Source: an uncultured Verrucomicrobiaceae bacterium
GTDB lineage: Bacteria > Pseudomonadota > Gammaproteobacteria > Pseudomonadales > CAMLJR01
NCBI GenBank assembly: GCA_964631955.1
Contig: CAZWBA010000008.1
Location: forward strand, 71,312-135,311
Reading direction: 5' to 3'
DNA length: 64,000 nucleotides
Position 1 is the stretch's first letter, and each line of letters starts with the position of its first letter. The notes below the pieces were generated by a model that saw only the letters and a list, made by a program, of their open reading frames with translations, had not been told where the DNA came from and ran no database searches. Below, piece by piece: positions 49,468 through 60,467 of the stretch. Both the position numbers and the translations under genes were made by a program.

Positions 49468-49492
49468 TCGGTTAGAAAAGTCTTTCCGAAAA

Positions 49493-49523
49493 CAAAAAAG
49501 CCGGCAATTGCCGGCTTTTTTGT
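49493..49523. terminator. Bidirectional rho-independent terminator between traT and lysS
   Basis: aaaaaagccggcaattgccggctttttt. Confidence 0.8.
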
Positions 49524-49547
49524 TTCAGCGATTTATTGCAGCGATGT

Positions 49548-51038
49548 CTACAGCGGTCGCATGTGCGGGAACAACAGCACATCGCGAATCGATGGCGAAT
49601 TGGTAAATAGCATCACCAGTCGATCGATGCCGATACCCTCGCCCGCTGTCGGCGGCAAACCGTATTCGAGCGCGGTGACGTAATCGGCGTCGTAATACAT
49701 CGCTTCATCATCGCCCGCTTCTTTTTCCCTGACCTGTTGCTGAAAACGCTCGGCCTGATCTTCGGCGTCGTTCAGCTCGGAGAAGCCGTTCGCGATTTCG
49801 CGACCGCCGATGAAGAACTCGAAACGATCGGTGACGAATGGATCGTCATCACTGCGGCGTGCCAGCGGCGATACTTCGGTTGGATATTTGGTGATGAATG
49901 TCGGCTGCTCGAGTTTTTCTTCGACCGTTGCCTCGAAAATCTCGATTTGAATTTTGCCGAGACCCCAGGTGTCCTTGACCTGGATTTCCAATTTCCCGGC
50001 GATGGCTTTGGCACCTGCCATCGTTTTCAATTCGTCGGCGTTGATGTCGGGGTTGTAGTGCAGAATCGAATCGAATACCGAGAGACGCGCGAACGGTTTG
50101 CCGAAATCGAATTGCCTGCCCTGATAGTCGATGAGCGTGGTGCCCAGAATGCGTTGCGCCAAATAACGCAGCATGTCTTCGGTCAGATCCATGAGATCGT
50201 GATAATCGGCGTAAGCCTGATAAAACTCGATCATGGTGAATTCTGGATTATGGCGTGTCGATAAACCTTCGTTACGGAAGTTACGGTTGATTTCGAATAC
50301 GCGCTCAAAACCACCGACGACCAGACGTTTCAAATACAGCTCGGGAGAAATACGCAGGAACATCGAAAGGTCGAGCGCGTTGTGGAATGTCTCGAACGGC
50401 TTCGCGCTCGCACCACCCGGTATTGCCTGCATCATCGGCGTTTCGACTTCAAGATAATCGCGATCGGTCAGATAATCGCGAATGCCATCGATCAATTGCG
50501 AACGAATGCGGAAGGTGCGGCGCGCGTCTTCGTTCATGATCAGATCGACATAGCGCTGCCGGTATTTAATTTCCTGATCTTGCAGGCCGTGATATTTATC
50601 GGGCAGCGGACGCAGCGATTTTGTCAGCAGCTCGACCTTTTCGAGATAGACGTACAGATCGCCCTTGCCCGATTTATGCACGGGGCCTTCACAGCCGATG
50701 ATATCGCCGATATCCCAGGTTTTGCTTTCGTTGATGACCGCTTCGGGTAATTGCTTCTTATCGACATAGGCTTGAATGCGCCCGGTCATATCCTGCAGTA
50801 CGAGAAATGGGCCGCGCATCGCCATGATGCGGCCAGCGATTTTCGCTTTGCGATTCAGCGTTTCGAGTTCCTCTTTCGATTTATCGCCGAGTTCTTTCTG
50901 CAAGGTTTCAGCGTAGTTATCGCGACGGAATGCGTTCGGAAATGCGTTGCGCTGCTGACGAATCGCGTTCAGCTTCGCGCGGCGTTCGGCGATGAGCTTG
51001 TTTTCGTCGGGCGCAGTGGAATTCTGTTCGTCAGTCAT
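49548..51038 (-). CDS. lysS: Lysine--tRNA ligase (class II)
   Basis: 496 aa with ...[20 protein letters not shown]...[12 protein letters not shown] motifs. Confidence 0.98.
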   Translation of the reverse strand: MTDEQNSTAPDENKLIAERRAKLNAIRQQRNAFPNAFRRDNYAETLQKELGDKSKEELETLNRKAKIAGRIMAMRGPFLVLQDMTGRIQAYVDKKQLPEAVINESKTWDIGDIIGCEGPVHKSGKGDLYVYLEKVELLTKSLRPLPDKYHGLQDQEIKYRQRYVDLIMNEDARRTFRIRSQLIDGIRDYLTDRDYLEVETPMMQAIPGGASAKPFETFHNALDLSMFLRISPELYLKRLVVGGFERVFEINRNFRNEGLSTRHNPEFTMIEFYQAYADYHDLMDLTEDMLRYLAQRILGTTLIDYQGRQFDFGKPFARLSVFDSILHYNPDINADELKTMAGAKAIAGKLEIQVKDTWGLGKIQIEIFEATVEEKLEQPTFITKYPTEVSPLARRSDDDPFVTDRFEFFIGGREIANGFSELNDAEDQAERFQQQVREKEAGDDEAMYYDADYVTALEYGLPPTAGEGIGIDRLVMLFTNSPSIRDVLLFPHMRPL

Positions 51039-51041
51039 GGT

Positions 51042-52140
51042 TTATAAACCCTGTTTCAAGGAAGCAACAATAAACTGGTCGAGTGCGCCGTCGAGTACGG
51101 CCTGGCAATTACTCGTCTGCACATTGGTGCGTAGATCTTTTACGCGTGAATCATCGAGCACGTATGAGCGAATCTGACTGCCCCAGCCGATATCGGATTT
51201 CGAATCTTCCATCACCTGCGCAGCGGCGTTACGTTTTTGCATTTCCAGCTCGTACAACTTCGCGCGCAACATTTTCCAGGCACGGTCGCGGTTCTGATGT
51301 TGCGAGCGCTCGGTCTGACACTGCACGACGGTATTAGTCGGTATGTGCGTGAGTCGAACCGCCGAATCGGTTTTGTTGATGTGCTGACCGCCGGCACCGC
51401 TGGCCCGATAGGTATCGGTGCGAACGTCCGCAGGATTGATGTCGATCTCGATATCGTCGTCGATTTCGGGCGAGACGAATACCGCAGAAAACGATGTGTG
51501 ACGGCGATTGCCCGAATCGAACGGCGATTTGCGCACCAGACGATGTACGCCGATTTCCGTGCGCAGCCAGCCGAATGCGTATTCGCCCTGCACATAAATC
51601 GTCGCGCCTTTAATGCCTGCGACTTCACCGTCAGACACTTCGACGAGTTCGGCCTTGAAACCTTTGTCTTCGCACCAGCGCAGATACATGCGCAGCAACA
51701 TGCTGGCCCAATCCTGCGCCTCGGTGCCGCCGGAGCCGGATTGAATATCGAGGTAGGCGTTATTGGCATCCATCTCGCCGGAGAACATACGGCGAAATTC
51801 GAGATCAGCGAGTTTTTTTCCGAGAGTTTCCAGATCAGCGGCGACCGCATTCGCGGTGTCTTCATCGTCTTCGGCAACGGCCATATCGAGCAACTCGCTC
51901 GCATCGGCCAAACCGCTGTCCATACTCTCGATGGTTTTGACAACGCTTTCGAGCGACGCCCGTTCCTTGCCGAGCTCCTGCGCGCGCTGCGGGTTATCCC
52001 ATACGCTCGGCTCGCCGAGTTCGAGCTCGACCTCCGCTAAACGTTCTTTCTTGTTGGCGTAGTCAAAGATACCCCCTGAGCACATCGGTGCGGTCGGCAT
52101 AATCTTTGATGGCATTGCGCAACGGATTGACTTCTAACAT
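51042..52140 (-). CDS. prfB: Peptide chain release factor 2, with the programmed +1 frameshift
   Basis: ORF0 is [25 protein letters not shown], followed by TGA in the context AGG GGG TAT CTT TGA C (52068-52062). The +1 frame continues [15 protein letters not shown]... with the SPF and GGQ ([11 protein letters not shown]) motifs. Segments: 52140..52066 and 52064..51042. Confidence 0.97.
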
Positions 52141-52260
52141 CTGGGAGACCGGATCTGCAGGATTTAAAGGGGCGGGATTTTAACCGATTTGCCGCCGGCG
52201 CCCAACCCGAAAAGACAGCAAGGCCGCTATAAAACCGCTGCCGATCGAACGAGCCGGACT

Positions 52261-54000
52261 CTACATCGCTTCGATATGTTCCACCAGCAATTGCACGCTC
52301 TGCTGTCCACGCCACTCGTTGATATCGAGACGATAGGCCGCGCGAATATTTTTGACTTCGGTATTCGGCCACTGACGCGTATCGATACCGAAGCAAATTG
52401 CATCGATAACTTGCTGCGGCGAATGGGGATGGGCCAGCACCATTTTCAGATGCCGTTCACCGACGAGACGCTGCTGTAACAATTGAAATTCGCCGTCGAA
52501 TAACGGTTCGGGAAAATGCTGCCCCCACGGCCCGCCATCCCGCAACACCTGTGCAACTTCGAGCGAGAACGAGTCCGGCGTCAGTTCGCCATCGCTGAGC
52601 AGCACCGCAGTCAAATCTTCTTCGGTGAGGTGCTCGCGCACAACGGCATCAAATGCTTTCTCGAACGTTTTGAATTTGTCGCGCGACAAACTCAGACCTG
52701 CAGCCATCGCATGACCACCGAATTTATCGAGCAGGCCAGGATATGTCGTCGCCACCGCATCGAGCGCATCGCGAATATGTAAGCCGGGAATCGAGCGAGC
52801 CGAACCTTTGATCGTCACACCATCATCCGCATCCGCGAAAGCAATCGTCGGTCGGTGATAACGATCTTTAATGCGCGACGCGAGAATACCGATAACACCC
52901 TGATGCCATTCGGAGCGATACAAACTCACTCCCCACGGCAGCGCATTTGCATCGGAAAAATGTAACAGCTCAAGCGCCTGCAGGGCTTCGCGTTGCATGG
53001 TCGACTCGATCGCGCGACGATCGTGATTGAGCTCGTCGAGTTGCTGTGCAATTTCGCGCGCGTGATAGGGATCGTCGGTCAACAAACATTGAATGCCGAG
53101 CGTCATATCGTCGAGTCGGCCCGCTGCATTCAAACGCGGCCCGACTGCGAAACCGAGATCGCTCGCGACAATACGATCAAGCGAACGCTTGCCCACTTCG
53201 AGCAAGGCTTTAATACCGGGACGGCAGCGCCCTGCGCGAATGCGACGCAAACCTTGCGCAACGAGTACGCGATTGTTGTGATCGAGCGCAACCACATCGG
53301 CCACTGTGCCGAGTGCAACGAGATCGAGCAAATCAGCCAGATTGGGCTCGGAAATATTTCGGCTGGCGAACCAGTTTCGATTGCGTAATTCCGTGCGCAA
53401 TGCGCTCAGCACATAAAAAATAACGCCGACACCGGCGAGATTTTTGCTCGGAAAACCGCAACCCGGCTGATTGGGGTTAACGATACACGCTGCCGCAGGA
53501 ATTTGTTTTCCCGGTAGATGGTGATCGGTAACGAGTACGCGAATGCCGAGCGTATTTGCGGCAGCCACGCCATCGCAACTCGAAATTCCGTTGTCGACCG
53601 TGATAATTAAATCGGGGTTTTTCTGCGCCGCGACGGCAACTATTTCCGGTGTTAATCCGTAACCGTATTCAAAACGGTTCGGCACCAGGAAATCGACGTG
53701 CGCCGCGCCCATCGCCCGCAATGCCAATACGCCGAGTGCCGTGCTCGTCGCGCCGTCCGCATCGAAATCGCCGATGATAAGCATCGATTGCTTTTGCTCG
53801 ATGCAGTCGGCAATTAGTTTTGCCGCATCGGACAGACCTTTGAATTGATCGGGAGTTTTTAAACGATTCAATTCGTGAGTGAGCTGTTCGCTATCGAATA
53901 CACCGCGCGAAGCGTAGATATTCGCGAGAACCGAATGAGTATCAACAGAAAAATTTGTTGCTTGAGATATTACAGGGCGACGACGAATTTGCTTTTGCAT
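52261..54000 (-). CDS. recJ: Single-stranded-DNA-specific exonuclease RecJ
   Basis: IIGDFDADGATSTA, VTDHH and GGHAMAAG are DHH/DHHA1 motifs. Confidence 0.96.
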   Translation of the reverse strand: MQKQIRRRPVISQATNFSVDTHSVLANIYASRGVFDSEQLTHELNRLKTPDQFKGLSDAAKLIADCIEQKQSMLIIGDFDADGATSTALGVLALRAMGAAHVDFLVPNRFEYGYGLTPEIVAVAAQKNPDLIITVDNGISSCDGVAAANTLGIRVLVTDHHLPGKQIPAAACIVNPNQPGCGFPSKNLAGVGVIFYVLSALRTELRNRNWFASRNISEPNLADLLDLVALGTVADVVALDHNNRVLVAQGLRRIRAGRCRPGIKALLEVGKRSLDRIVASDLGFAVGPRLNAAGRLDDMTLGIQCLLTDDPYHAREIAQQLDELNHDRRAIESTMQREALQALELLHFSDANALPWGVSLYRSEWHQGVIGILASRIKDRYHRPTIAFADADDGVTIKGSARSIPGLHIRDALDAVATTYPGLLDKFGGHAMAAGLSLSRDKFKTFEKAFDAVVREHLTEEDLTAVLLSDGELTPDSFSLEVAQVLRDGGPWGQHFPEPLFDGEFQLLQQRLVGERHLKMVLAHPHSPQQVIDAICFGIDTRQWPNTEVKNIRAAYRLDINEWRGQQSVQLLVEHIEAM

Positions 54001-54061
54001 TTATGCGAAACTCGCTCAGTCTAATCTATTGGAGCTTCCACCACCGAGATTACCGCGAACA

Positions 54062-54154
54062 TCCGGTTGGTATTTTCGAAAACGCTGCAAGCACATCCAT
54101 GTAAGCTCCGTCGGCGACATCGTGTCGCCGGCGGTTTCGAAAATACCAACCGGA
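54062..54154. repeat. 93-bp inverted-repeat element (24-bp arms, 1 mismatch) enclosing a second 8-bp hairpin, between thrC and recJ
   Basis: The arms tccggttggtattttcgaaaacgc and gcggtttcgaaaataccaaccgga enclose an inner hairpin, cggcgaca-tcg-tgtcgccg. Confidence 0.6.
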
Positions 54155-54181
54155 CATTCGCTACCCAGCATTCGAGAAGAT

Positions 54182-55579
54182 TTAAGCCTTAATATTCGCA
54201 GCGATGAACTGCTGTACTTTGGCGATATCGTTCGGCAGCACTGTCATCCGCTCTTCGCGCTCGAACAAATCCGCCATGTGATGTGGTAACGGCACATCGT
54301 CTGGATAACCTGCCTGCTTCACAGCGTCAGGGAATTTCGCAGGATGTGCAGTCGCTAGCGTAATCATCGGTGTGGTTTTATCTCGACGGCATTCGCGCGC
54401 CGCTTTCACACCAATTGCCGAATGCGGATCGAGCAGATACTCGGTTTTTTTCCACACTTCGCCAATCGTCGCTACGGTAGTTTTGTCGTCCACCGCATAA
54501 CTATCAAACAAACCGCGCGCTTTCGCGAATGCTGATTCGCTGAGCTTCACATCGCCTTTATTGAAATCGCTCATCAATGTGTCGATGGCCGCACCATTGC
54601 GATCGTAGCAATCGAACAGCAGACGCTCGAAGTTACTCGAAATAACAATATCCATACTCGGTGACAGCGTGTGCTGCAGTGGATGCTTGCTATAAAGATT
54701 ACTGCTGATCAGGCGATGCAAAATATCGTTCGCATTCGTCGCGATAACAAGCTGCTCGATCGGCAGGCCCATTTGTTTGGCGAGATAGCCCGCATAGATA
54801 TCGCCGAAATTACCGGTCGGCACCGAGAATGAAACTGCACGATGCGGACCGCCGAGCGCGAGCGCCGCATAAAAGTAATAAACGATCTGCGCCATGATGC
54901 GCGCCCAGTTGATCGAATTCACCGCGACGAGCTGGCGATCGCTCGGCAAAAATTGCTGCGCTCCGAAACTCGCTTTCACCATCGCCTGGCAATCATCGAA
55001 ATTACCTGCGATAGCGATGTTATGAATTTTTTCGCCAATTACGGTGGTCATTTGACGGCGCTGTACGTCGGACACGCGATTGTGCGGATGCAGAATAAAA
55101 ATATCGATATTCTTGCAACGCTTGCAGCCTTGAATCGCCGCAGAACCGGTATCGCCCGATGTCGCGCCCATGATCACGACTTTGCGCTGATTGCGCTCAA
55201 GCACGTAATCGAGCAAACGACCCAGCATTTGCAACGCAAAATCTTTGAAAGCGAGCGTCGGGCCCTGATGCAATTCCATCACCCAGTCGTTGTGATCGAG
55301 CTGAACGAGTGGCGCAATGGCGGGATGACGGAAATCGACATAGGTATCGTCGATGATTTTTTTCAAATCCGCAGCGGGAATACAGTCGGCAACAAATGGC
55401 TGCACGATTTTGAAAGCAAGATCGGTATAACTCAAACCTGCCCAGCTCGCGATTTCTTCGCGCGAATATTTCGGCAAGGTTTCAGGAACGTATAAGCCAC
55501 CATCGGGTGCGAGGCCCGTTAGCAATACGTCTTCAAAATTCAGTGCGGGTGCTTTACCGCGGGTACTGATGTATTTCAT
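54182..55579 (-). CDS. thrC: Threonine synthase
   Basis: MKYISTRGKAPALNFEDVLLTGLAPDGGLYVPE...PTLAFKDFALQ contains the PLP lysine motif. Start at the ATG at 55579. Confidence 0.96.
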   Translation of the reverse strand: MKYISTRGKAPALNFEDVLLTGLAPDGGLYVPETLPKYSREEIASWAGLSYTDLAFKIVQPFVADCIPAADLKKIIDDTYVDFRHPAIAPLVQLDHNDWVMELHQGPTLAFKDFALQMLGRLLDYVLERNQRKVVIMGATSGDTGSAAIQGCKRCKNIDIFILHPHNRVSDVQRRQMTTVIGEKIHNIAIAGNFDDCQAMVKASFGAQQFLPSDRQLVAVNSINWARIMAQIVYYFYAALALGGPHRAVSFSVPTGNFGDIYAGYLAKQMGLPIEQLVIATNANDILHRLISSNLYSKHPLQHTLSPSMDIVISSNFERLLFDCYDRNGAAIDTLMSDFNKGDVKLSESAFAKARGLFDSYAVDDKTTVATIGEVWKKTEYLLDPHSAIGVKAARECRRDKTTPMITLATAHPAKFPDAVKQAGYPDDVPLPHHMADLFEREERMTVLPNDIAKVQQFIAANIKA

Positions 55580-55743
55580 CAATAAAATTCTCTTGTGAAA
55601 TTTAAAATTGCTTGAAAAACGTATCAAGGGAAATCAGTGCAAGGCGCGGGTACAAAAACAACCGGAGTTTACACGTCAGTAAATGAGGATTGTTTTTGTA
55701 TCCACAACGCAGCAATGATGAACGCAGTAGTTTTTCATCAATT

Positions 55744-57051
55744 TTAACCGGCGAGTGATTCGACGCGAATACGTACCACCTCGCCATCGATGCTATCGAG
55801 CGCTTCGATTTGCGCGATGGCCGATGCAATCAAACGCTCTTGCGTGCGATTGGTAAGAATAATCACGGGCACGTGATTCTGATTCACCGCCGGCTCTTTC
55901 TGAATCAATGCTTCGATGCTGATACCCAGATCCGACAGAATCTGCGCAACGCGCGATAACACACCGGGTTTGTCGTGTGCGGAGATGCGCAAATAATATG
56001 AAGACACCACATCATCGATACCGAGTACCGGTGTGCTGTCGAGCGCATTCGATTGAAACGCGAGATAGGGCACGCGGTATTTTGGATCGGTATTCAACGT
56101 GCGCGCCACATCGATGATGTCGGCAATCACTGCCGATGCAGTCGGCTCACTGCCCGCACCCGGGCCGTAATATAAGCTCGGGCCACCCGCATCGCCTTTA
56201 ACCAGTACCGCGTTCATCACGCCGTTTACATTCGCGATCAAACGTTTTTCCGGAATCAGCGTTGGATGCACGCGCAATTCGATACCTTTTTCGGTGCGGC
56301 GCGCGATACCCAAACTTTTAATGCGATAGCCCAGTTGCTCGGCGTATTCGACATCGATCGGCGCGATGCGCGTAATACCTTCGGTATATACCTTGTTGAA
56401 TTGCAGCGGAATACCGAATGCAATCGATGCAAGAATCATCAATTTGTGCGACGCATCGATGCCCTCGACATCGAAGGTCGGATCGGCCTCGGCATAACCG
56501 AGCGCCTGCGCTTCTTTTAAAACATCGGCGAATGAACGGCCTTTCTCGCGCATTTCCGTGAGAATGAAATTGCTTGTGCCGTTGATAATGCCCGCGAGCC
56601 ATTCAATACGATTCGCTGCCAGGCCTTCGCGGATGGCTTTGATGACGGGGATACCGCCGGCAACCGCCGCTTCGAATGCAACATTCACTCCGCGCGCCTG
56701 CGCCGCTGCGAAAATTTCGTTGCCATACTGGGCAATGAGTGCCTTGTTCGCGGTGACAACATGCTTGCCATTATCGATTGCGCGCAAAACCAGTTCGCGA
56801 GCCGTGGTAGTGCCGCCAATCAATTCGACGAGAATTTGAATATCAGGATTGTCGGCAACTGCGAATACATCATGGGTGACGGCAACGCTTCCTGTCGGGC
56901 TGCCTGGATTTTCACGACGTGCGCCGATCTGCTCGACCACAATCGAGCAGCCCGCGCGTGCGGAAATCACTTGGCTATTGCGTTTGAGTACATTGAAAGT
57001 ACCACTGCCCACGGTACCGAGACCGCAGATGCCTACCTTGATTGGGTTCAT
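55744..57051 (-). CDS. hom: Homoserine dehydrogenase (with C-terminal ACT domain)
   Basis: MNPIKVGICGLGTVGSGTF...ANKALIA...GIINGTSNFILT. Start at the ATG at 57051. Confidence 0.96.
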   Translation of the reverse strand: MNPIKVGICGLGTVGSGTFNVLKRNSQVISARAGCSIVVEQIGARRENPGSPTGSVAVTHDVFAVADNPDIQILVELIGGTTTARELVLRAIDNGKHVVTANKALIAQYGNEIFAAAQARGVNVAFEAAVAGGIPVIKAIREGLAANRIEWLAGIINGTSNFILTEMREKGRSFADVLKEAQALGYAEADPTFDVEGIDASHKLMILASIAFGIPLQFNKVYTEGITRIAPIDVEYAEQLGYRIKSLGIARRTEKGIELRVHPTLIPEKRLIANVNGVMNAVLVKGDAGGPSLYYGPGAGSEPTASAVIADIIDVARTLNTDPKYRVPYLAFQSNALDSTPVLGIDDVVSSYYLRISAHDKPGVLSRVAQILSDLGISIEALIQKEPAVNQNHVPVIILTNRTQERLIASAIAQIEALDSIDGEVVRIRVESLAG

Positions 57052-57185
57052 TGAGAGCCGACCGGTTATCAAAAAGTGATGCTTGAAAGCAGAAAAAACG
57101 AACGCGGATTTTATTGCAGTAAGGCTGACATTAAAACCAAAAACTTCGATCCCCCACGGAGGGCTGAGCAAGCTTTCCCATAACG

Positions 57186-57215
57186 AAAAAAAGCGGCCGC
57201 AGCCGCCTCTTTTTC
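57186..57215 (-). terminator. Rho-independent terminator after dsbC
   Basis: Minus strand gaggcggc-tgcg-gccgc followed by ttttttt. Confidence 0.6.
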
Positions 57216-57256
57216 ACGCAGTCGCCGATCGACCATTCCTCGTCGATCACCCTGCC

Positions 57257-58006
57257 CTATTTAATACCGAGACGCTCGGCCAGCTCTTTCGCCGGCACAT
57301 ACCCCGGAATCAATTCGCCGCCCGCCGTGATCAGGCTTGGCGTACCAGTGACACCGATCCGTTCGCCCAGCTGGAATTGGGCCGTCACGGGATTATCCGC
57401 ACAGGTATTGATGGGAACGCTCTCACCTCTCTTGAAGCGCGTCAGCGTGCCCTGACGATCCTTGGCGCACCATGCCGTTACGATTTTTTGATAGGACTCC
57501 GAACCGACCCCCGCCCGCGGATAAGCGATATAGCGAATTTCGATACCCAGGGCGTTGAGCTCCGGCACCTCCTGGTGCAATTTCCTGCAGTAGCCGCAAT
57601 CGATATCGGTGAATACATTGAGCACAGCCTTGGTCGGCCCTTTTGGCTTGAAGATGATCATATCCTTAGCCTTGATCGTCGCGATTTCTTTCGCACGCAA
57701 ACCCGACGCACGCTGCTCGCTCAAATTCACATAGGCTTTATTCTCCACGGTGTACATTTCACCGTGCACGAAATACTTGCCATCTGGCGATGCGTAGACC
57801 ATCGGACCGTCTTTTATCTGCACGGCGTACAAGCCTGGAATTTCACTCGATGCAATCGATTCGACCTTGACGTCGGGACGCACTTCCAGCGACTTTCTGA
57901 TTGCAGCCTCGATTTTATCGACCGACTGTTTATCGGACGACTGAGCGGCGGCGGGTAATGCGATCAACGCGATCGATGCCAGCATCGTCGCCAATAGTTT
58001 TTTCAT
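57257..58006 (-). CDS. dsbC: Thiol:disulfide interchange protein DsbC
   Basis: Signal peptide MKKLLATMLASIALIALPAAA and active site FTDIDCGYCRKLH. The start is ATG 58006 or 58012. Confidence 0.9.
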   Translation of the reverse strand: MKKLLATMLASIALIALPAAAQSSDKQSVDKIEAAIRKSLEVRPDVKVESIASSEIPGLYAVQIKDGPMVYASPDGKYFVHGEMYTVENKAYVNLSEQRASGLRAKEIATIKAKDMIIFKPKGPTKAVLNVFTDIDCGYCRKLHQEVPELNALGIEIRYIAYPRAGVGSESYQKIVTAWCAKDRQGTLTRFKRGESVPINTCADNPVTAQFQLGERIGVTGTPSLITAGGELIPGYVPAKELAERLGIK

Positions 58007-58176
58007 CGTCATTCTCTCTATCGACTTGCAGATGTTTCGCATGAGTACGCGCCATCATGAGTACAGCGCCATACAGTATGGCTCAGCGCGCGTATTCTGC
58101 CGGGGAAGTGTGACATTCGAACGCGATTCGCTCGGCTGGTTCCTCCAGCTTCTGCGTAACAGCCGACAAAAACCCA

Positions 58177-58206
58177 TAAAAAAAGCAGCCGAAGCTGCTT
58201 TTTTTA
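58177..58206 (-). terminator. Rho-independent terminator after the rpsP-rimM-trmD-rplS operon
   Basis: aaaaaaagcagc-cgaa-gctgcttttttt. Confidence 0.75.
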
Positions 58207-58248
58207 CTGCGGGCGCGGCGACTGCGTCTATCGCCATCACATACAGGA

Positions 58249-58599
58249 TTAATTGAGCTTTTCCTTGATGCGCGCCGCTTTGCCGCTGAGTTCGCGCAGG
58301 TAATAGAGCTTGGCTTTGCGCACATCGCCACGACGAACGAGCTGAATACCATCAATGAGCGGGCTATGCGTCTGGAAGGTACGCTCCACGCCAACACCGT
58401 GGGAAATTTTGCGTACGGTAAATGCAGAATTGAAACCGCGATTGCGCTTGGCGATCACAACACCCTCAAATGCCTGAATACGCTCGCGATCACCCTCTTT
58501 CACTTTCACTTGCACAATGATGGTGTCGCCAGGACTGAACTCAGGCACGTTCTGCTTGAGCTGCTCGGCTTCCAGTTGCGCGATGATTTTGTTCGCCAT
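58249..58599 (-). CDS. rplS: 50S ribosomal protein L19
   Basis: [46 protein letters not shown]... Confidence 0.98.
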   Translation of the reverse strand: MANKIIAQLEAEQLKQNVPEFSPGDTIIVQVKVKEGDRERIQAFEGVVIAKRNRGFNSAFTVRKISHGVGVERTFQTHSPLIDGIQLVRRGDVRKAKLYYLRELSGKAARIKEKLN

Positions 58600-58654
58600 G
58601 ATTATTTCCTCAATTACAAATCTAGAACTTTAAGCCTTAAAACCAGAAACAGTT

Positions 58655-59422
58655 TTACAGCTTATCAATTTTCATTTTTTGCTCGCGAATTTTTTGTTCA
58701 CCAATAAATTCATCGAGCAAACGATGCTGTTCCTTATCGAGCTCCCGCTGCGCAAGCAGCTCGGGACGTCGCAACCATGTTCGACCTAGAGCCTGCTTCA
58801 GGCGCCAGCGCCGAATCAACTCGTGATTACCGCTGAGCAATACCTCCGGCACACGAAGATTTTCATACTCTTCAGGCCGTGTGTAGTGCGGGCAATCGAG
58901 CAGGCCATCGGTAAACGAATCCTGCTGCGCCGATTGCTCATCGCCCAATGCTCCGGGCAATAAACGCGTCACCGCGTCGATCATTACCATCGCGGCCAGC
59001 TCACCACCGCTCAACACGTAATCGCCGATCGACCATTCTTCGTCGATTTCGGTTTCGATCACGCGCTCATCGATACCTTCGTAACGCCCCGCGACCAAAA
59101 TCAGTTGCTCGCGCGCTGCTAATTCTTCCGCACCGCGCTGATCGAACTTGCGACCTTGCGGCGACAGATAAATCACCTTCGCCTGCGGCAATTCCTTGCG
59201 CGCTGCCGTTATCGCTGCGCGCAACGGTTCAATCTTCATCACCATGCCAGGGCCGCCGCCGTAGGGCCGGTCATCCACGGTTTGATGACGATCACTGGTA
59301 AACGTGCGTGGATTCCAGCACTCCACCTTTAACAATCCGCTATCGACTGCGCGACTCGTGATACCGCAGTCGATCACCGCATCGAACATCTCGGGAAACA
59401 GCGTGATCACACCGATATGCAT
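58655..59422 (-). CDS. trmD: tRNA (guanine37-N1)-methyltransferase TrmD
   Basis: [13 protein letters not shown]...[13 protein letters not shown]...[10 protein letters not shown] motifs. Confidence 0.97.
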   Translation of the reverse strand: MHIGVITLFPEMFDAVIDCGITSRAVDSGLLKVECWNPRTFTSDRHQTVDDRPYGGGPGMVMKIEPLRAAITAARKELPQAKVIYLSPQGRKFDQRGAEELAAREQLILVAGRYEGIDERVIETEIDEEWSIGDYVLSGGELAAMVMIDAVTRLLPGALGDEQSAQQDSFTDGLLDCPHYTRPEEYENLRVPEVLLSGNHELIRRWRLKQALGRTWLRRPELLAQRELDKEQHRLLDEFIGEQKIREQKMKIDKL

Positions 59423-59459
59423 GTGTCGCGCTTCTCCGCGGTATTTTCAGTTCGTTGCG

Positions 59460-60026
59460 TTAAAAATCCGGATCCCAATCAACTCGCATCGTCTGCGCAG
59501 CGAGATCGATTTCGAGCACGACCTGCTCAGGCAGGTAAGGGATCAAGCGCTCTTTGCGATCGATGCTGTGCTCATCGCCTTTAACGACCAACACATCGTT
59601 AGCGCCGGTTTCGAGCAAGTGATCGACTCGCCCCAGCACCAACCTGCCGCGCTGCGGATGATCGGTAATCACCTGCAACCCTTCCAATTGGCGCCAGTAA
59701 TATTCGTTTTCGGGCAGCAACGGTAGTTGTGTCGCCACCACGGCCACATCGCAACCGACGTACGTTGCGGCCTGCTCGGGATCATCGACCCCTTTCAGCT
59801 TCACTATCAGCCCCTTGCCGTGCGTTTTGCCCTCGGCGACTTGAGCTACCTGCCACACTCGCTGTCCGTCAATCTGGCCGTGACGCTGAATCTGGCAGTA
59901 GTGATAATCGAGAAAGTTATCCAACGGATCCGTGTAGGAATAAACCTTCAACCACCCCTTGACACCAAACGTTCCGGTAAAGCGGCCGATCACCACAAGA
60001 TCGGCGGGGGCGATCGTCATACTCAA
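59460..60026 (-). CDS. rimM: Ribosome maturation factor RimM
   Basis: [24 protein letters not shown]... plus a PRC-barrel C-terminus. 4-nt overlap with rpsP. Confidence 0.95.
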   Translation of the reverse strand: MSMTIAPADLVVIGRFTGTFGVKGWLKVYSYTDPLDNFLDYHYCQIQRHGQIDGQRVWQVAQVAEGKTHGKGLIVKLKGVDDPEQAATYVGCDVAVVATQLPLLPENEYYWRQLEGLQVITDHPQRGRLVLGRVDHLLETGANDVLVVKGDEHSIDRKERLIPYLPEQVVLEIDLAAQTMRVDWDPDF

Positions 60027-60271
60027 GCGGGTTGCTGTGCCTGTTTGACCAGCGTCGCGACGCGATCAGAGAGTTGCGCGCCCTGGCCAACCCAGTGATT
60101 CAAGCGTTCGAAGTCAACGCGCAGACGCTCTTCACCGCCGCGCGCGACCGGATTGAAGAAGCCGATGCGCTCCAGATAGTTACCGCTGCGCGGGCTGCGG
60201 CTGTCGGTGACCGTCAGGTGGTAGAAAGGACGCTTTTTGGCGCCGCCGCGTGCTAAACGAATCGTTACCAT
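60023..60271 (-). CDS. rpsP: 30S ribosomal protein S16
   Basis: [41 protein letters not shown]... Confidence 0.97.
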   Translation of the reverse strand: MVTIRLARGGAKKRPFYHLTVTDSRSPRSGNYLERIGFFNPVARGGEERLRVDFERLNHWVGQGAQLSDRVATLVKQAQQPA

Positions 60272-60467
60272 TGTGATTCCCAGAATTTGTGCGCCGCGAA
60301 ATCACTCCGCACACGCAATCAATACAGTAAATCTGGCTGAGCGGCCAGAAAGGCGCGGTATTGTAAGTGAAAGATCCCGCTTTGCAAACGCTTTAGTGCA
60401 CTCTTTCATGAGGAAAACCCACTTTTAGTGTGCAGAAAAGCGCCGAGAACTAGAGGCGCCGGCCCAA

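Noticed and set aside
51237-52040. 267-aa plus-strand ORF and the 243-aa minus-strand alternative-frame ORF at 51212-51943
   Set aside because: Both overlap prfB, whose frame is fixed by the SPF/GGQ motifs and the frameshift site.
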